The position numbers were made by a program, and so were the translations under genes. This document shows, one piece after another, positions 9,741-17,972 of a stretch of DNA of 64,000 nt (positions are counted from its first letter, which is position 1; every line of letters starts with the position of its first letter). Under the pieces are notes generated by a model. The model saw only the letters and a program-made list of their open reading frames with translations. It searched no databases and had not been told where the DNA came from. Origin of the DNA: Ostreococcus lucimarinus (lineage: Eukaryota); the NCBI GenBank assembly GCA_000092065.1, contig CP000581.1; one strand, written 5' to 3'.

Positions 9741-11009
9741 TCAATCTCCTGTTTCTTGGCGAACAAGCTTGCCAGACGGTGTTTCTGTGTAGTCGACGAC
9801 CACGTCCCCTGTTGGAATGTCAACCATCGATCGCGAGCGATGCAACCCGTTTTCAGATTCCGTATCTTCGTCAAACGACAGGCGTGGGGGCTTCCAGCCA
9901 TCTTTCACCGCCTTCGTTAAAGGTGGAACGAAGTCTTTCTTGCGGCTCACCAGGCCCGGAAGTTTCAGCATCGTTCCATCGTTCTCGAGCACTCCACTGT
10001 ACGCCGCCACGGCGAGCGAGGCCTCGACGCGTCCGCAGATCAGCAGTGTGGACGTGAGGTTGACAATGTCGACGATAGCTAGAAGCATGGCTTTCGTGGA
10101 TGGCGTCACCAACTTTACGGCGCGCATTTCCGGAAGTATATCCGCCGCTCGCGAGAGCGATGCGTCCGCATCCGTCGTCTCGATGACCGAATACGCCACC
10201 TCGTACGTCTCCTGATCACCAGTGAACTTGAACTGCTTCATATCACCGTTCACGAGTGCATACGGTGTCATCAGACTCAGCGACTGACTCTTCGCGCGAA
10301 ACTGTCGGGCTGCGAGCTCGTTCACATCCTGGACCTCTAAGTACTGCACCAGCATCGTCACGACGCGCTCATCCCACGTCGTCGTCGTTGGAGACTTCAA
10401 GTTTAGCGTGTCACTCAAAATCGCGCTAAGCAACATTCCGGCTATGTGTTTGGGCAAAAACTTCCCTTGTACCGCGTGATTATGCGCGATGATGGACGAC
10501 ATGCACCCCCACGGTCGAATGTCGACGAAAATCGGTCGCTCAGTCACGATGGTGTTCGACTGCAGCGCGTGATGATCGATAATCCCCACGATGTTCCCCA
10601 TCGGAATCGCCGGGTTCAACTGCGACTGCTGCTGAAAATCAACCAAGCAGACGTTCCTATCCGGTCGTTCCGCTAAAAGTGTCTCCACGGGTTCGGGCAG
10701 CGTCGCGCCCCACGTATCCAGCGCGAATCGCGTCTCCGTGTTCACGGCGCTCGCGACCGCCGCGCTCCCTCCGTACAGATTCGCCGCCCCGATCGCCCCC
10801 GCGACGGAATCTAAATCTGTCACCAAGTGTCCGACGAATATCGCGTCGTCCAGGCTCGGAAAGAACGCGTTCGTCTCCCCCTCGCGCGTCGGCAGGTGCG
10901 CCAGGAGTTTTTCAGCCTCCGCCCAGTTCGCGTCGACCGCGTGCTCCAGCGTCGTCTCTTCGCGCGCGCTGTACGTCTCCCGCCGCTCGCGCTTCAGCGT
11001 CATCTTCAT
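9741..11009 (-). CDS. DHH-family phosphoesterase: family II inorganic pyrophosphatase / exopolyphosphatase (DHH plus DHHA2)
   Basis: GHLVTDLDSVAGAIGAANLYGG (Asp-rich motif I/II) and GIIDHHAL (DHH motif) are present, plus a DHHA2-like C-terminal half. Start set at MKMTLKRE (aa 201 of the listed ORF). The 200 upstream residues are R/S/T low complexity that overlaps the divergent promoter. A targeting extension cannot be excluded. Confidence 0.7.
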   Translation of the reverse strand: MKMTLKRERRETYSAREETTLEHAVDANWAEAEKLLAHLPTREGETNAFFPSLDDAIFVGHLVTDLDSVAGAIGAANLYGGSAAVASAVNTETRFALDTWGATLPEPVETLLAERPDRNVCLVDFQQQSQLNPAIPMGNIVGIIDHHALQSNTIVTERPIFVDIRPWGCMSSIIAHNHAVQGKFLPKHIAGMLLSAILSDTLNLKSPTTTTWDERVVTMLVQYLEVQDVNELAARQFRAKSQSLSLMTPYALVNGDMKQFKFTGDQETYEVAYSVIETTDADASLSRAADILPEMRAVKLVTPSTKAMLLAIVDIVNLTSTLLICGRVEASLAVAAYSGVLENDGTMLKLPGLVSRKKDFVPPLTKAVKDGWKPPRLSFDEDTESENGLHRSRSMVDIPTGDVVVDYTETPSGKLVRQETGD

Positions 11010-11267
11010 CGACGCGATCGCGACCGCGACGACGCACGCCCACGCCGCCGTTCGGCGCGGCGTCGCCGGTCGCGCGCGCGGTGTCGTAACCGCCTCGACG
11101 CTCGCGTCGGCGCGCGCGCGAGCGCGTCGCGCGCGCGAGCGCGTCGCCGTCGTCCGCGACGACGCGGCGATGACGCGTCGCGCCTCGCTCGCGCGCGCTC
11201 GAGGCGCGCGCGCGTCGCGATGTCGCGTCGTCGCCGTCCGTCGCCGCGCGTCGTCGAGCGATGCATC

Positions 11268-11290
11268 GGTCGATCGATCGATCGATCGAT
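11268..11290. repeat. (GATC)n microsatellite in a bidirectional promoter
   Basis: gtcgatcgatcgatcgatcgatgg lies between the PPase start (11009, minus) and the VPS26C start (11317, plus). Confidence 0.8.
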
Positions 11291-11316
11291 GGACGCGCGC
11301 CAGACGACGACGCGCG

Positions 11317-12294
11317 ATGAGCCGCGTGGACGTGTTCCTGGAGTCGAGCGATAGTAAATACCGCGAGCGCGACGTCGTGCGCGGCGAGGTGGTGGTGCGC
11401 GTCGAACGCGAAGACGCGCCGTTCGCGCACAACGGTGTTCTGCTCACGGCGTGTGGAAACGTGCAGCTGCGCGTCGGAGACTCGAGCGTGAGCGTGCTGG
11501 AATCGCTGTTCATGGTCGTCGAACCGGTGCGCGTGCTGGACGTGTCGCTGGTGCTGGCGCCGCCGGGACGGCTGGCGGTGGGGGTGCACGCGTTTCCGTT
11601 TTCGTTCACGCTGGGGAGCTTTCCGCCGACGACGCCGATGTACGAGACGTTTCACGGGCAGAACACGCAGATAGTGTACGCGATCGATGCGGAGGTGGTG
11701 CGGCCGATCCTGCGTGGGGGGTCGCTGTCGACGGGGATGTGCGAATTTTTAGTGGAGACGAAGCCGGACGAGGACGACGTCGCCGACGCGGCGGCGAGCG
11801 AGACGATGGCGTTCGAGATCACGGAGGAGCGGCAAGATTTGGGACCGGCGCCTGGATTGTTAGCGAGCGAAGGGTTCTTGATTCGCGGATCGTTCGATAA
11901 GACGAGTTGGTTTTTAGAGGAGGCGATCACGGGGCGGCTCGTCGTCGAACGCTCGGCGGCGCCGCTCAGGGCGATCGAAATCGAGCTGTGTCGCATCGAG
12001 GGTTGCAGCACGAGCGAGGGTCAGGTGGTGAGTGAGACATCGCCCGTGCAGTTCACGCAAATCGTCGACGGCGACTGTCCGCGCGGGGTGGAGATTCCGA
12101 TACACGTCGTCATCCCGCGCCTGTTCGCGTGTCCGAGCGTGCAGGCGCCGACGTTTAGCGTCGCCTTCATGCTGCGCGTTCTGTGCGTGTTCGAGCCATT
12201 GAACCCTGGAAATAAAGAACCGGTGGCCGTTCGCGCGGTGCCAATTCAGTTATACCGAGGCGGGCCCGACATCCCGAGCGCGTTGGCGTATTAA
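11317..12294 (+). CDS. VPS26C: VPS26C / DSCR3 (retriever complex arrestin-fold subunit)
   Basis: Strong match to human DSCR3: PMYETFHGQNTQIVYAIDAEV~LYETYHGVFVNIQYTLRCDM; GRLVVERSAAPLRAIEIELCRIEGC~GELVVESSEAAIRSVELQLVRVETC; IVDGDCPRGVEIPIHVVIPRLFACPSVQAPTFSVAF~IADGDVCRGLSVPIYMVFPRLFTCPTLETTNFKVEF. Start at the in-frame ATG (MSRVDVF), 326 aa. Confidence 0.8.
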   Translation: MSRVDVFLESSDSKYRERDVVRGEVVVRVEREDAPFAHNGVLLTACGNVQLRVGDSSVSVLESLFMVVEPVRVLDVSLVLAPPGRLAVGVHAFPFSFTLGSFPPTTPMYETFHGQNTQIVYAIDAEVVRPILRGGSLSTGMCEFLVETKPDEDDVADAAASETMAFEITEERQDLGPAPGLLASEGFLIRGSFDKTSWFLEEAITGRLVVERSAAPLRAIEIELCRIEGCSTSEGQVVSETSPVQFTQIVDGDCPRGVEIPIHVVIPRLFACPSVQAPTFSVAFMLRVLCVFEPLNPGNKEPVAVRAVPIQLYRGGPDIPSALAY

Positions 12295-12506
12295 ATCTCG
12301 TAGTGCGAATAGCGTTAGCGTCTCGAAGAGACATACAATCAAATCAAACCCCCGTCGACCCGGGTCACGGCGTCGTCGCGCGCATCGCGCTTACTTCGTT
12401 CGCGCGCGCGCGTGCGCTATTTTCTCGCTCACTCGTCGTTCATTATCATCACAACGAACGAACGACGACGTCCCGTTCGTTCTTCTACATAGCCTTCTAA
12501 TCAATC

Positions 12507-12782
12507 TCAATCCTCCTCCTCGCTCTCGTCCTCGTCCTTGGCGTTGATCCTCTCGCACGCGTCGATCCAATCGCTGTACACGTCGATCGGTTCGCTCAGG
12601 TGCGTGATGTTGCACGTGTACTTCTGTCCGCACGTCCCGCACTCCACCAGCCCCTTCTCGGCGACGTGATCGAGTCGCGCGAACACGCTCTTGTCGTGAT
12701 TGCAAAACGGACACGTGAACGTCGTGTCCACCTTCGGGGCCACCTTCTTGGGCGGCGGCTTGGAGCTCTTGCGCTTGCCCAT
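12507..12782 (-). CDS. ELF1: Transcription elongation factor 1 homolog (ELF1, Zn-ribbon)
   Basis: MGKRKSSKPPPKK...FTCPFCNHDKSV...ECGTCGQKY...IDVYSDWIDACE plus an acidic tail; 91 aa. This is the classic Elf1 C4 zinc ribbon. The rest of the listed 237-aa ORF is GC-rich read-through. Confidence 0.85.
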   Translation of the reverse strand: MGKRKSSKPPPKKVAPKVDTTFTCPFCNHDKSVFARLDHVAEKGLVECGTCGQKYTCNITHLSEPIDVYSDWIDACERINAKDEDESEEED

Positions 12783-12840
12783 GGCGAGCGCGCGCGGGCG
12801 GTCGTGCGACGAGCGATGCGGCGCGCGCGCGACTCTGCGG

Positions 12841-12880
12841 ACGGGACGACGGACGACGGACGACGGACGACGGACGACGC
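12841..12880. repeat. (GGACGAC)n heptamer repeat in the ELF1 / APH-kinase divergent promoter
   Basis: acgggacgacggacgacggacgacggacgacggacgacgcg seen directly. Confidence 0.75.
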
Positions 12881-13037
12881 GCGCGCCACACGCGCGCGCG
12901 AACGACGCGCGGCGCGAGCGATGGCGACGCGCGCGAACGCGCGCGGCGCGCGCGCGACGCGCGCGAGCGCGCCGACGGTGACGTCGCGCGTCGCGCGGGG
13001 ACGGCGCGTCGCGGATAAAACGCGTGGGACGCGCGGG

Positions 13038-14025
13038 ATGACGGCGGCGGCGAGCGTGGCGTCGACGAACGAGTCCGCGGAGGCGGCCGCGGCGCCGGCG
13101 GTGGTGTCGACGTCGACGTTCGCGAGCGCCGACGACGCGGAGCTGCGCATGACGTGCGAGGCGTTCGCGCCGGGGAGCGCGTTCGCGCTGACGGATACGA
13201 GCGGCGGCGTGAATAATCACGTGCGATATTGCGATTGCGAGAACGGTGAGCGATTCGTCGTTCGATTATATAATAATGGACGCGAAACCGAGCGTGTTTG
13301 AACTCATTCCTGGTTCGCTCCCGAAGACGCGCTTCGCCGACGCGGTGGGAGAGGCGACGGCGGCGCTTTCGAAGTGTATGGAAGAAGCCGAAAGCGAAGT
13401 GCGTGCCGTTGCTCCGGTGAGCCCGACGAGCGTGTATCGGGACATCTTCGGAGCGTTCATCAAGAAAGGTGGGTCGCGCGATGCATTTTTCGTCGAGGCG
13501 GAGACGAACCCAGGTTTGGATGCCGTTCGAGTTTCGGTGAACGACTTGCTCAACTCTATTCGCGTACTTGAAGAAAAATTGGCCGACATCGAATCTTCGG
13601 GAGGCTTACCCGAGACGCTGATCCACGGCGACGTCCATTACGATAATTCCCTCGCGGATGAGACGACGGGTAAAGTCACGGGCATCATCGACTTTGAGTT
13701 TGCATCGTACGACTGGCGTATGATGGAAGCCGCCGCAGGTTTGTCCAAGTACGTCGGCGAACGCGATCCTCTGCCGTTCGTTGTCGACTACATCAAGGGA
13801 TTTTGCCGGCGCGCGACGCCGACCGAGGCCGAGATCGACGCCCTTCCGGACTTGATAAAACTTCGCGTGCTCGAAACCGTCGTGTACTTCGTCGCGAGAA
13901 GCGCCGCGAAAGAAGACGACATCTCGCAACTAGCGCTCAGAGCCGAAAACTACGCCGCGCGCGTTCGATGGATCGACGCCAACGCGCAAGTCATTCGCGA
14001 CACCATGCGCACCGCGCTCGCGTAA
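13038..14025 (+). CDS. APH-fold phosphotransferase (homoserine kinase type II / aminoglycoside-phosphotransferase-like). The reading frame is broken between the N-lobe and the C-lobe.
   Basis: The N-lobe in frame 0 (about 13038-13298) reads ...ALTDTSGGVNNHVRYCDCENGERFVVRLYNNGRETERV*, which is the Gly-rich loop plus the VxLK-type beta3 strand. The C-lobe in frame +1 (13246-14025) carries LIHGDVHYDN (HGDxHxxN catalytic loop) and IIDFEFASYDWRMME (DFE metal-binding motif). The frames can only be joined by a 1-nt shift near 13285-13295 or by an unconventional intron. See findings. Confidence 0.55.
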
Positions 14026-14186
14026 ACGATCGTTATTTTTTAACTATTCTTTCTCCATTCACTCGCGCGCTCGCGCGCTCGCGTTTTCGCTCTTCACTAA
14101 AACCGTAAAATCCACGCCTGGATGCAATCTCGAGATCTTCGTATGCGCAAACAGTCGCGGGCGACGCGACGGCACAACTCGACACG

Positions 14187-15557
14187 ATGCTTTCGACGAC
14201 CATCACCACCCCGAGCGCTTTCGTGAAGCCGCAAGCGCCGCGAACGCGCGTCAAGGCGCGCGCCGACAGCACCATGGCCCCGCCCACGACGCGCGTGCCG
14301 CCGAGAAACCCCGAAGGTGCGCGACGGCGCGATCGATGCGCGCCGACGCGATGTCGTGGTTTATCCAGTGCGATGGGTGACGATGACGACGCGTGTGACG
14401 GCGTGCGATGCGTGAACGACGCGATGGGGATGAGAAAGGATGTGAAATGATATCGATCGCCGCGAAACGCGTCGACGCGGGCGAACGCGATGACTGACGA
14501 GTGTGGATGACGATTGATTGCTCCAGGCGCGCCGACGGTGGTGCCGCAAGATTTGCCGAGCCGACCGCGACGCAACCGCCGCTCGCCGACGGTGCGAAAG
14601 GCGTTCCGCGAGACGATTCTCACGCCGGATAACTTCATTTACCCGATTTTCGTGCACGAGGGCGATGAGAACATTCCCATCGGTTCTATGCCGGGACAAG
14701 ACCGCCTGAGCTTCAAGAATGGCATGATCAAGCAAGTGCGCGAGGCGCGCGCGGCCGGCGTGAACCAAGTGGTCGTCTTCCCGAAGACCCCGGATAACTT
14801 GAAGACGGCTTGCGGGAAGGAGGCGTTCAATCCGAACGGCTTAGCCCAACGCTCGATCTCGTTGTTGAAGGATACGTTCCCCGATTTGGAAGTGTACACC
14901 GACGTCGCGCTCGATCCGTACAACACTATGGGCCACGACGGCATGGTGCGCTCCGACGGCGTCGTCATGAACGACGAAACGGTGTACTATTTGTGCCAAC
15001 AAGCCGTGTCCCAAGCGCGCGCGGGTGCTGATGTTATTTCTCCGTCCGATATGATGGATGGTCGCGTCGGTGCCATTCGCCAAGCGCTCGACGACGAAGG
15101 TTTCACCAACGTCGCCATCATGAGTTACACCGCCAAGTACAACAGCGCGTACTACGGTCCGTTCCGTGATGCCTTGGCGTCGGCGCCGCGTCCGGGTAGT
15201 GAAGACTGGAAGATTCCGAAGGACAAGGCTGAGTACCAAATGGACCCGGCCAACTACCGTGAGTGCTTGCGCGAAGCTGCTCTCGATGAACAAGAGGGCG
15301 CGGACATCATGATGGTCAAGCCGGCGGGCGCCTACTTAGACATCATCCGCGCGCTTAGAGACAGCACCACGCTCCCAATTTCCGCGTACCAAGTGTCTGG
15401 CGAATACTCCATGTTGAAGGCTGCCGCCGCGGCGGGTTACCTTAACGAACGCGATGCGGTCTTGGAATCCTTGATCGCCATCAAGCGCGCCGGAGCCGAC
15501 TTGACGTTAACGTACTATGCCATCGATGCCGCCAAGTGGATCCAAGAAGGCAACTAA
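14187..15557 (+). CDS. HEMB: Delta-aminolevulinic acid dehydratase (porphobilinogen synthase), Mg-type, with a transit peptide encoded on a separate 5' exon: join(14187..14316,14527..15557)
   Basis: Exon 2 is unmistakable ALAD: PRRNRRSPTVRKAFRETILTPDNFIYPIFVHEGDE..., DVALDPYNTMGHDG in place of the Cys-rich Zn site (so plant/plastid Mg-type), and the active-site Lys region MVKPAGAYLDII. Exon 1 reads MLSTTITTPSAFVKPQAPRTRVKARADSTMAPPTTRVPPRNPE, which is Ser/Thr/Arg-rich and transit-peptide-like. Donor G|GTGCGC at 14317; acceptor TGATTGATTGCTCCAG| ending at 14526. The join is in frame and gives ...NPE-G-APTVVPQDLPSRPRRNR, as in plant ALADs. Confidence 0.8.
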
Positions 15558-15795
15558 GTTGAACGCGAGTAGGACATACATTTTTAATATCGATGATTAC
15601 GCAATGATTTACGAACGAGCGCCGACGAAGGAGGCAAAACAGGGCGAATGCGCATGAGGTCGGCGAAGCTTCTGACTTTTCACTACACCGCTGATGAAAT
15701 CTAACTCAAACCTCGAGACGCTCCAGCGCTAGACACCGCTCTCGACGATCTAGGGTCGATCATATTCGATCGAATTCTCCACTCCACGCGACCAC

Positions 15796-16549
15796 TTAGT
15801 AGAAGTAGCCGAGCACCTTGCCACCAACCTTCTTGCGACGGGCCTCCTCGTGGTCCATGATGCCCGACGACGTGGTGAGCACGATGACACCAAACAAACG
15901 AGAGGGCAAAAGTCGACCAACCCAGTCCTCAAGGTCGTGGTGGGACAAATCATAACGCGGGCTACGAGTTTAAAACCATTCATCGTCAGTCTCCGAGTCT
16001 TAATCGACGTTTAAAGAAGACGCGCTTCTCGACGAGCGTTCGCGCAGACCCTAAAACACACGCACCTGATGACGCCGCACTTGTTGATACGTCCGTTAAG
16101 CTCAACGACGATCTTTCCCGCTCTGTGATCATCAATGAACTCGAATTCGTTGATGTAGCCTATTCGTTGTAAACCATTCCGTCGTCAGTCTCCACATTCA
16201 TCCTGTGATGCGCGCGCCGCTTTCAGGATCGTTCGCGCGCGTCCCGCTCGCGTTCCCCTCTCTTCACACGTACCGTGCTTTTGCATCACTTGCAAGAACT
16301 TGATCACCACCTTGGAAACCGGGCGCACGAGCACCTGACGCTTCCCACGCTTTTCCGCGTTGTACATCGACTCTGCAGAGCGCGCGAACACGATCGATCG
16401 CGAGGTTAGTCACAGACCCTAAAACACCACAGCGCGAGGACGCGATTCGGCGCCGTCGCGACACGCGCGACGTCGCGACGCGTCATAACGCGCGTGCGAA
16501 CGATGATAGACGTACTGAGAGTGTCATTCAAGACGCTGATTCGGACCAT
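15796..16549 (-). CDS. RPS15A: 40S ribosomal protein S15a (uS8), 4 exons: complement(join(15796..15961,16066..16159,16274..16372,16516..16549))
   Basis: Not in the ORF track as one unit. The spliced translation is [130 protein letters not shown] (130 aa). It is colinear with human RPS15A (130 aa) at about 70% identity. Donors: A|GTACGT, G|GTACGT, AG|GTGCGT. Acceptors: TCTGCAG|, CGAATAG|, CTCGTAG|. Exon lengths 34+99+94+166 = 393 nt, and all phases are consistent. Confidence 0.9.
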
Positions 16550-16679
16550 GGCGCTTGTCTCTTGACCGCACGCGTCGTCTAAAGGCGGATGCGACTGGCC
16601 GCGCGAGGGCTTTCGACTTCGTGGTCCGTGTGGCAAGACCGACATTAGGGCTTTCAGCGCTTTCGAGGCCGTCGGGCGT

Positions 16680-16805
16680 CTGAAGGAGTCTGCTCGTGAT
16701 ACGGACGACGACGATGGTCATCTGAAGGAGTCTACTCGTGATACGGACGACGACGATGGTCATCTGAAGGAGTCTACTTGTAATACATACATACGATGAA
16801 GATCG
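16680..16805. repeat. 42-bp tandem repeat, about 2.7 copies, upstream of RPS15A
   Basis: tctgaaggagtctgctcgtgatacggacgacgacgatggtca is followed by a near-identical copy (g to a) and then a degenerate third copy. It lies about 130-250 bp 5' of the RPS15A ATG on the minus strand, immediately 3' of the cyclophilin gene. Confidence 0.75.
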
Positions 16806-17894
16806 TCATCTAAAGGATTCTAGGACGCCGGCGCGGACGATTTTTGCCTCGCCCGTGGGCTCGCCGTCGGAAGAGGCCAACTTGTTGATCGCCCAAGCGT
16901 GCTCCATGCCGTCGACGACTTCGCCAAAGATGACGTACGAGCCATCTAAATGCGGCGCTGGGGCCATGACGATACTAAAGTGCCCTGTGTTGGTGTTTGG
17001 TCCGGCGTTGGCGACGCTTAGCAAACCAGGCCGGTCGTGTTTGAGTCGCAAGCCGCCGGGATCGTCGTCGAACGCTTTTCCCGGATTCACAGCACTTCCC
17101 GAGGCGGTGTGCGACCCTGTCTGGTCAATGAATCGGTCGAGAATTCTATAAAACTTCGAACCGACCCATGTATACTCTTCCGAAGGTTCGCCCACGCACA
17201 TTCGTCGGAAATTTTCCGCCGCGAGCGGGCTCGTGTCGGCGTACAATACAAATTCGATGCGCTCCGCGTCAGCGCCGTCGATGGAGACGTCGAGGTACAC
17301 GCGATGATTCCCTTTGGCGTGGCGTCTTTTAGTCTTCGCTCTTTCTTCTGCGTTGACTTCTTCCTCCGCTTTTTCCGCTTCTTCCGATGAAAACAACGCC
17401 CCGCTCGTCCATCGAGAGTCACCGCCTCGTCGTTCCGCGGCAAACAGTGCCCGCGCCGCGTTCTTCGCGTCGTACTTCAACCAACACTCCCCGCGCTTTC
17501 TATCACCTCCGCACCCCCCTTCGTCGCCGCACCAGACCCATACGTTACATTTTCTCGCGCTCTCTTCGCACGCTCGGCAGCACGCCTCGGCGCTCGACGT
17601 CTTGAAATCGCTGCCCCAGCGCACGACGCCGCCGTCGAGCTCAACGCGAGCCCCGACGTCCGCACCGCACGTTCCGGTCATCGATGATCGTCGTGAATCG
17701 ATCGCGCGCACGACATCGACGTCATCGACGCCATTTACGTCGCTCACGAACGCGCGCGAGTGCGACGTGATTGGATTGTTCACGATGACGTAAAACGCGA
17801 GCGCAACGGCGGCGGCCACGGAGTAACGCACCGTACGCAGAAGCGCTCGAGCGTCGACATTTCGTCTGTACTGCCCGCCACGCGCGAGAGCCAT
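16806..17894 (-). CDS. Membrane-anchored cyclophilin-type peptidyl-prolyl isomerase with an N-terminal PAN/Apple-like Cys-rich domain
   Basis: N-terminal signal anchor (YSVAAAVALAFYVIVNN). PAN-like Cys pattern FKTSSAEACCRACEESARKCNVWVWCGD...GECWLKY. C-terminal cyclophilin domain VYLDVSIDGADAERIEFVLYADTSPLAAENFRRMC...FYRILDRFIDQTG...GHFSIVMAPAPHLDGSYVIFGEVVDGMEHAWAI. Confidence 0.75.
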   Translation of the reverse strand: MALARGGQYRRNVDARALLRTVRYSVAAAVALAFYVIVNNPITSHSRAFVSDVNGVDDVDVVRAIDSRRSSMTGTCGADVGARVELDGGVVRWGSDFKTSSAEACCRACEESARKCNVWVWCGDEGGCGGDRKRGECWLKYDAKNAARALFAAERRGGDSRWTSGALFSSEEAEKAEEEVNAEERAKTKRRHAKGNHRVYLDVSIDGADAERIEFVLYADTSPLAAENFRRMCVGEPSEEYTWVGSKFYRILDRFIDQTGSHTASGSAVNPGKAFDDDPGGLRLKHDRPGLLSVANAGPNTNTGHFSIVMAPAPHLDGSYVIFGEVVDGMEHAWAINKLASSDGEPTGEAKIVRAGVLESFR

Positions 17895-17972
17895 CGCCGC
17901 GCGGAGGTCTGACGAGGAAGGACGACGCGAGCCAGTCGAAAATATCTATTTCTACGTTACAACTAAGATGAG

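Noticed and set aside
10738-11316. Upstream 193 aa of the 518-aa ORF (before MSRVDVF)
   Set aside because: It is antisense to the PPase coding sequence and low complexity. The VPS26C homology begins at the ATG at 11317.
13246-13351. GTGAGC...AG intron model that would restore the APH kinase frame
   Set aside because: It is in frame, but it deletes the conserved ATP-binding beta3 strand (VRLYNNG). A 1-nt frameshift explains the data better. It is kept only as an alternative.
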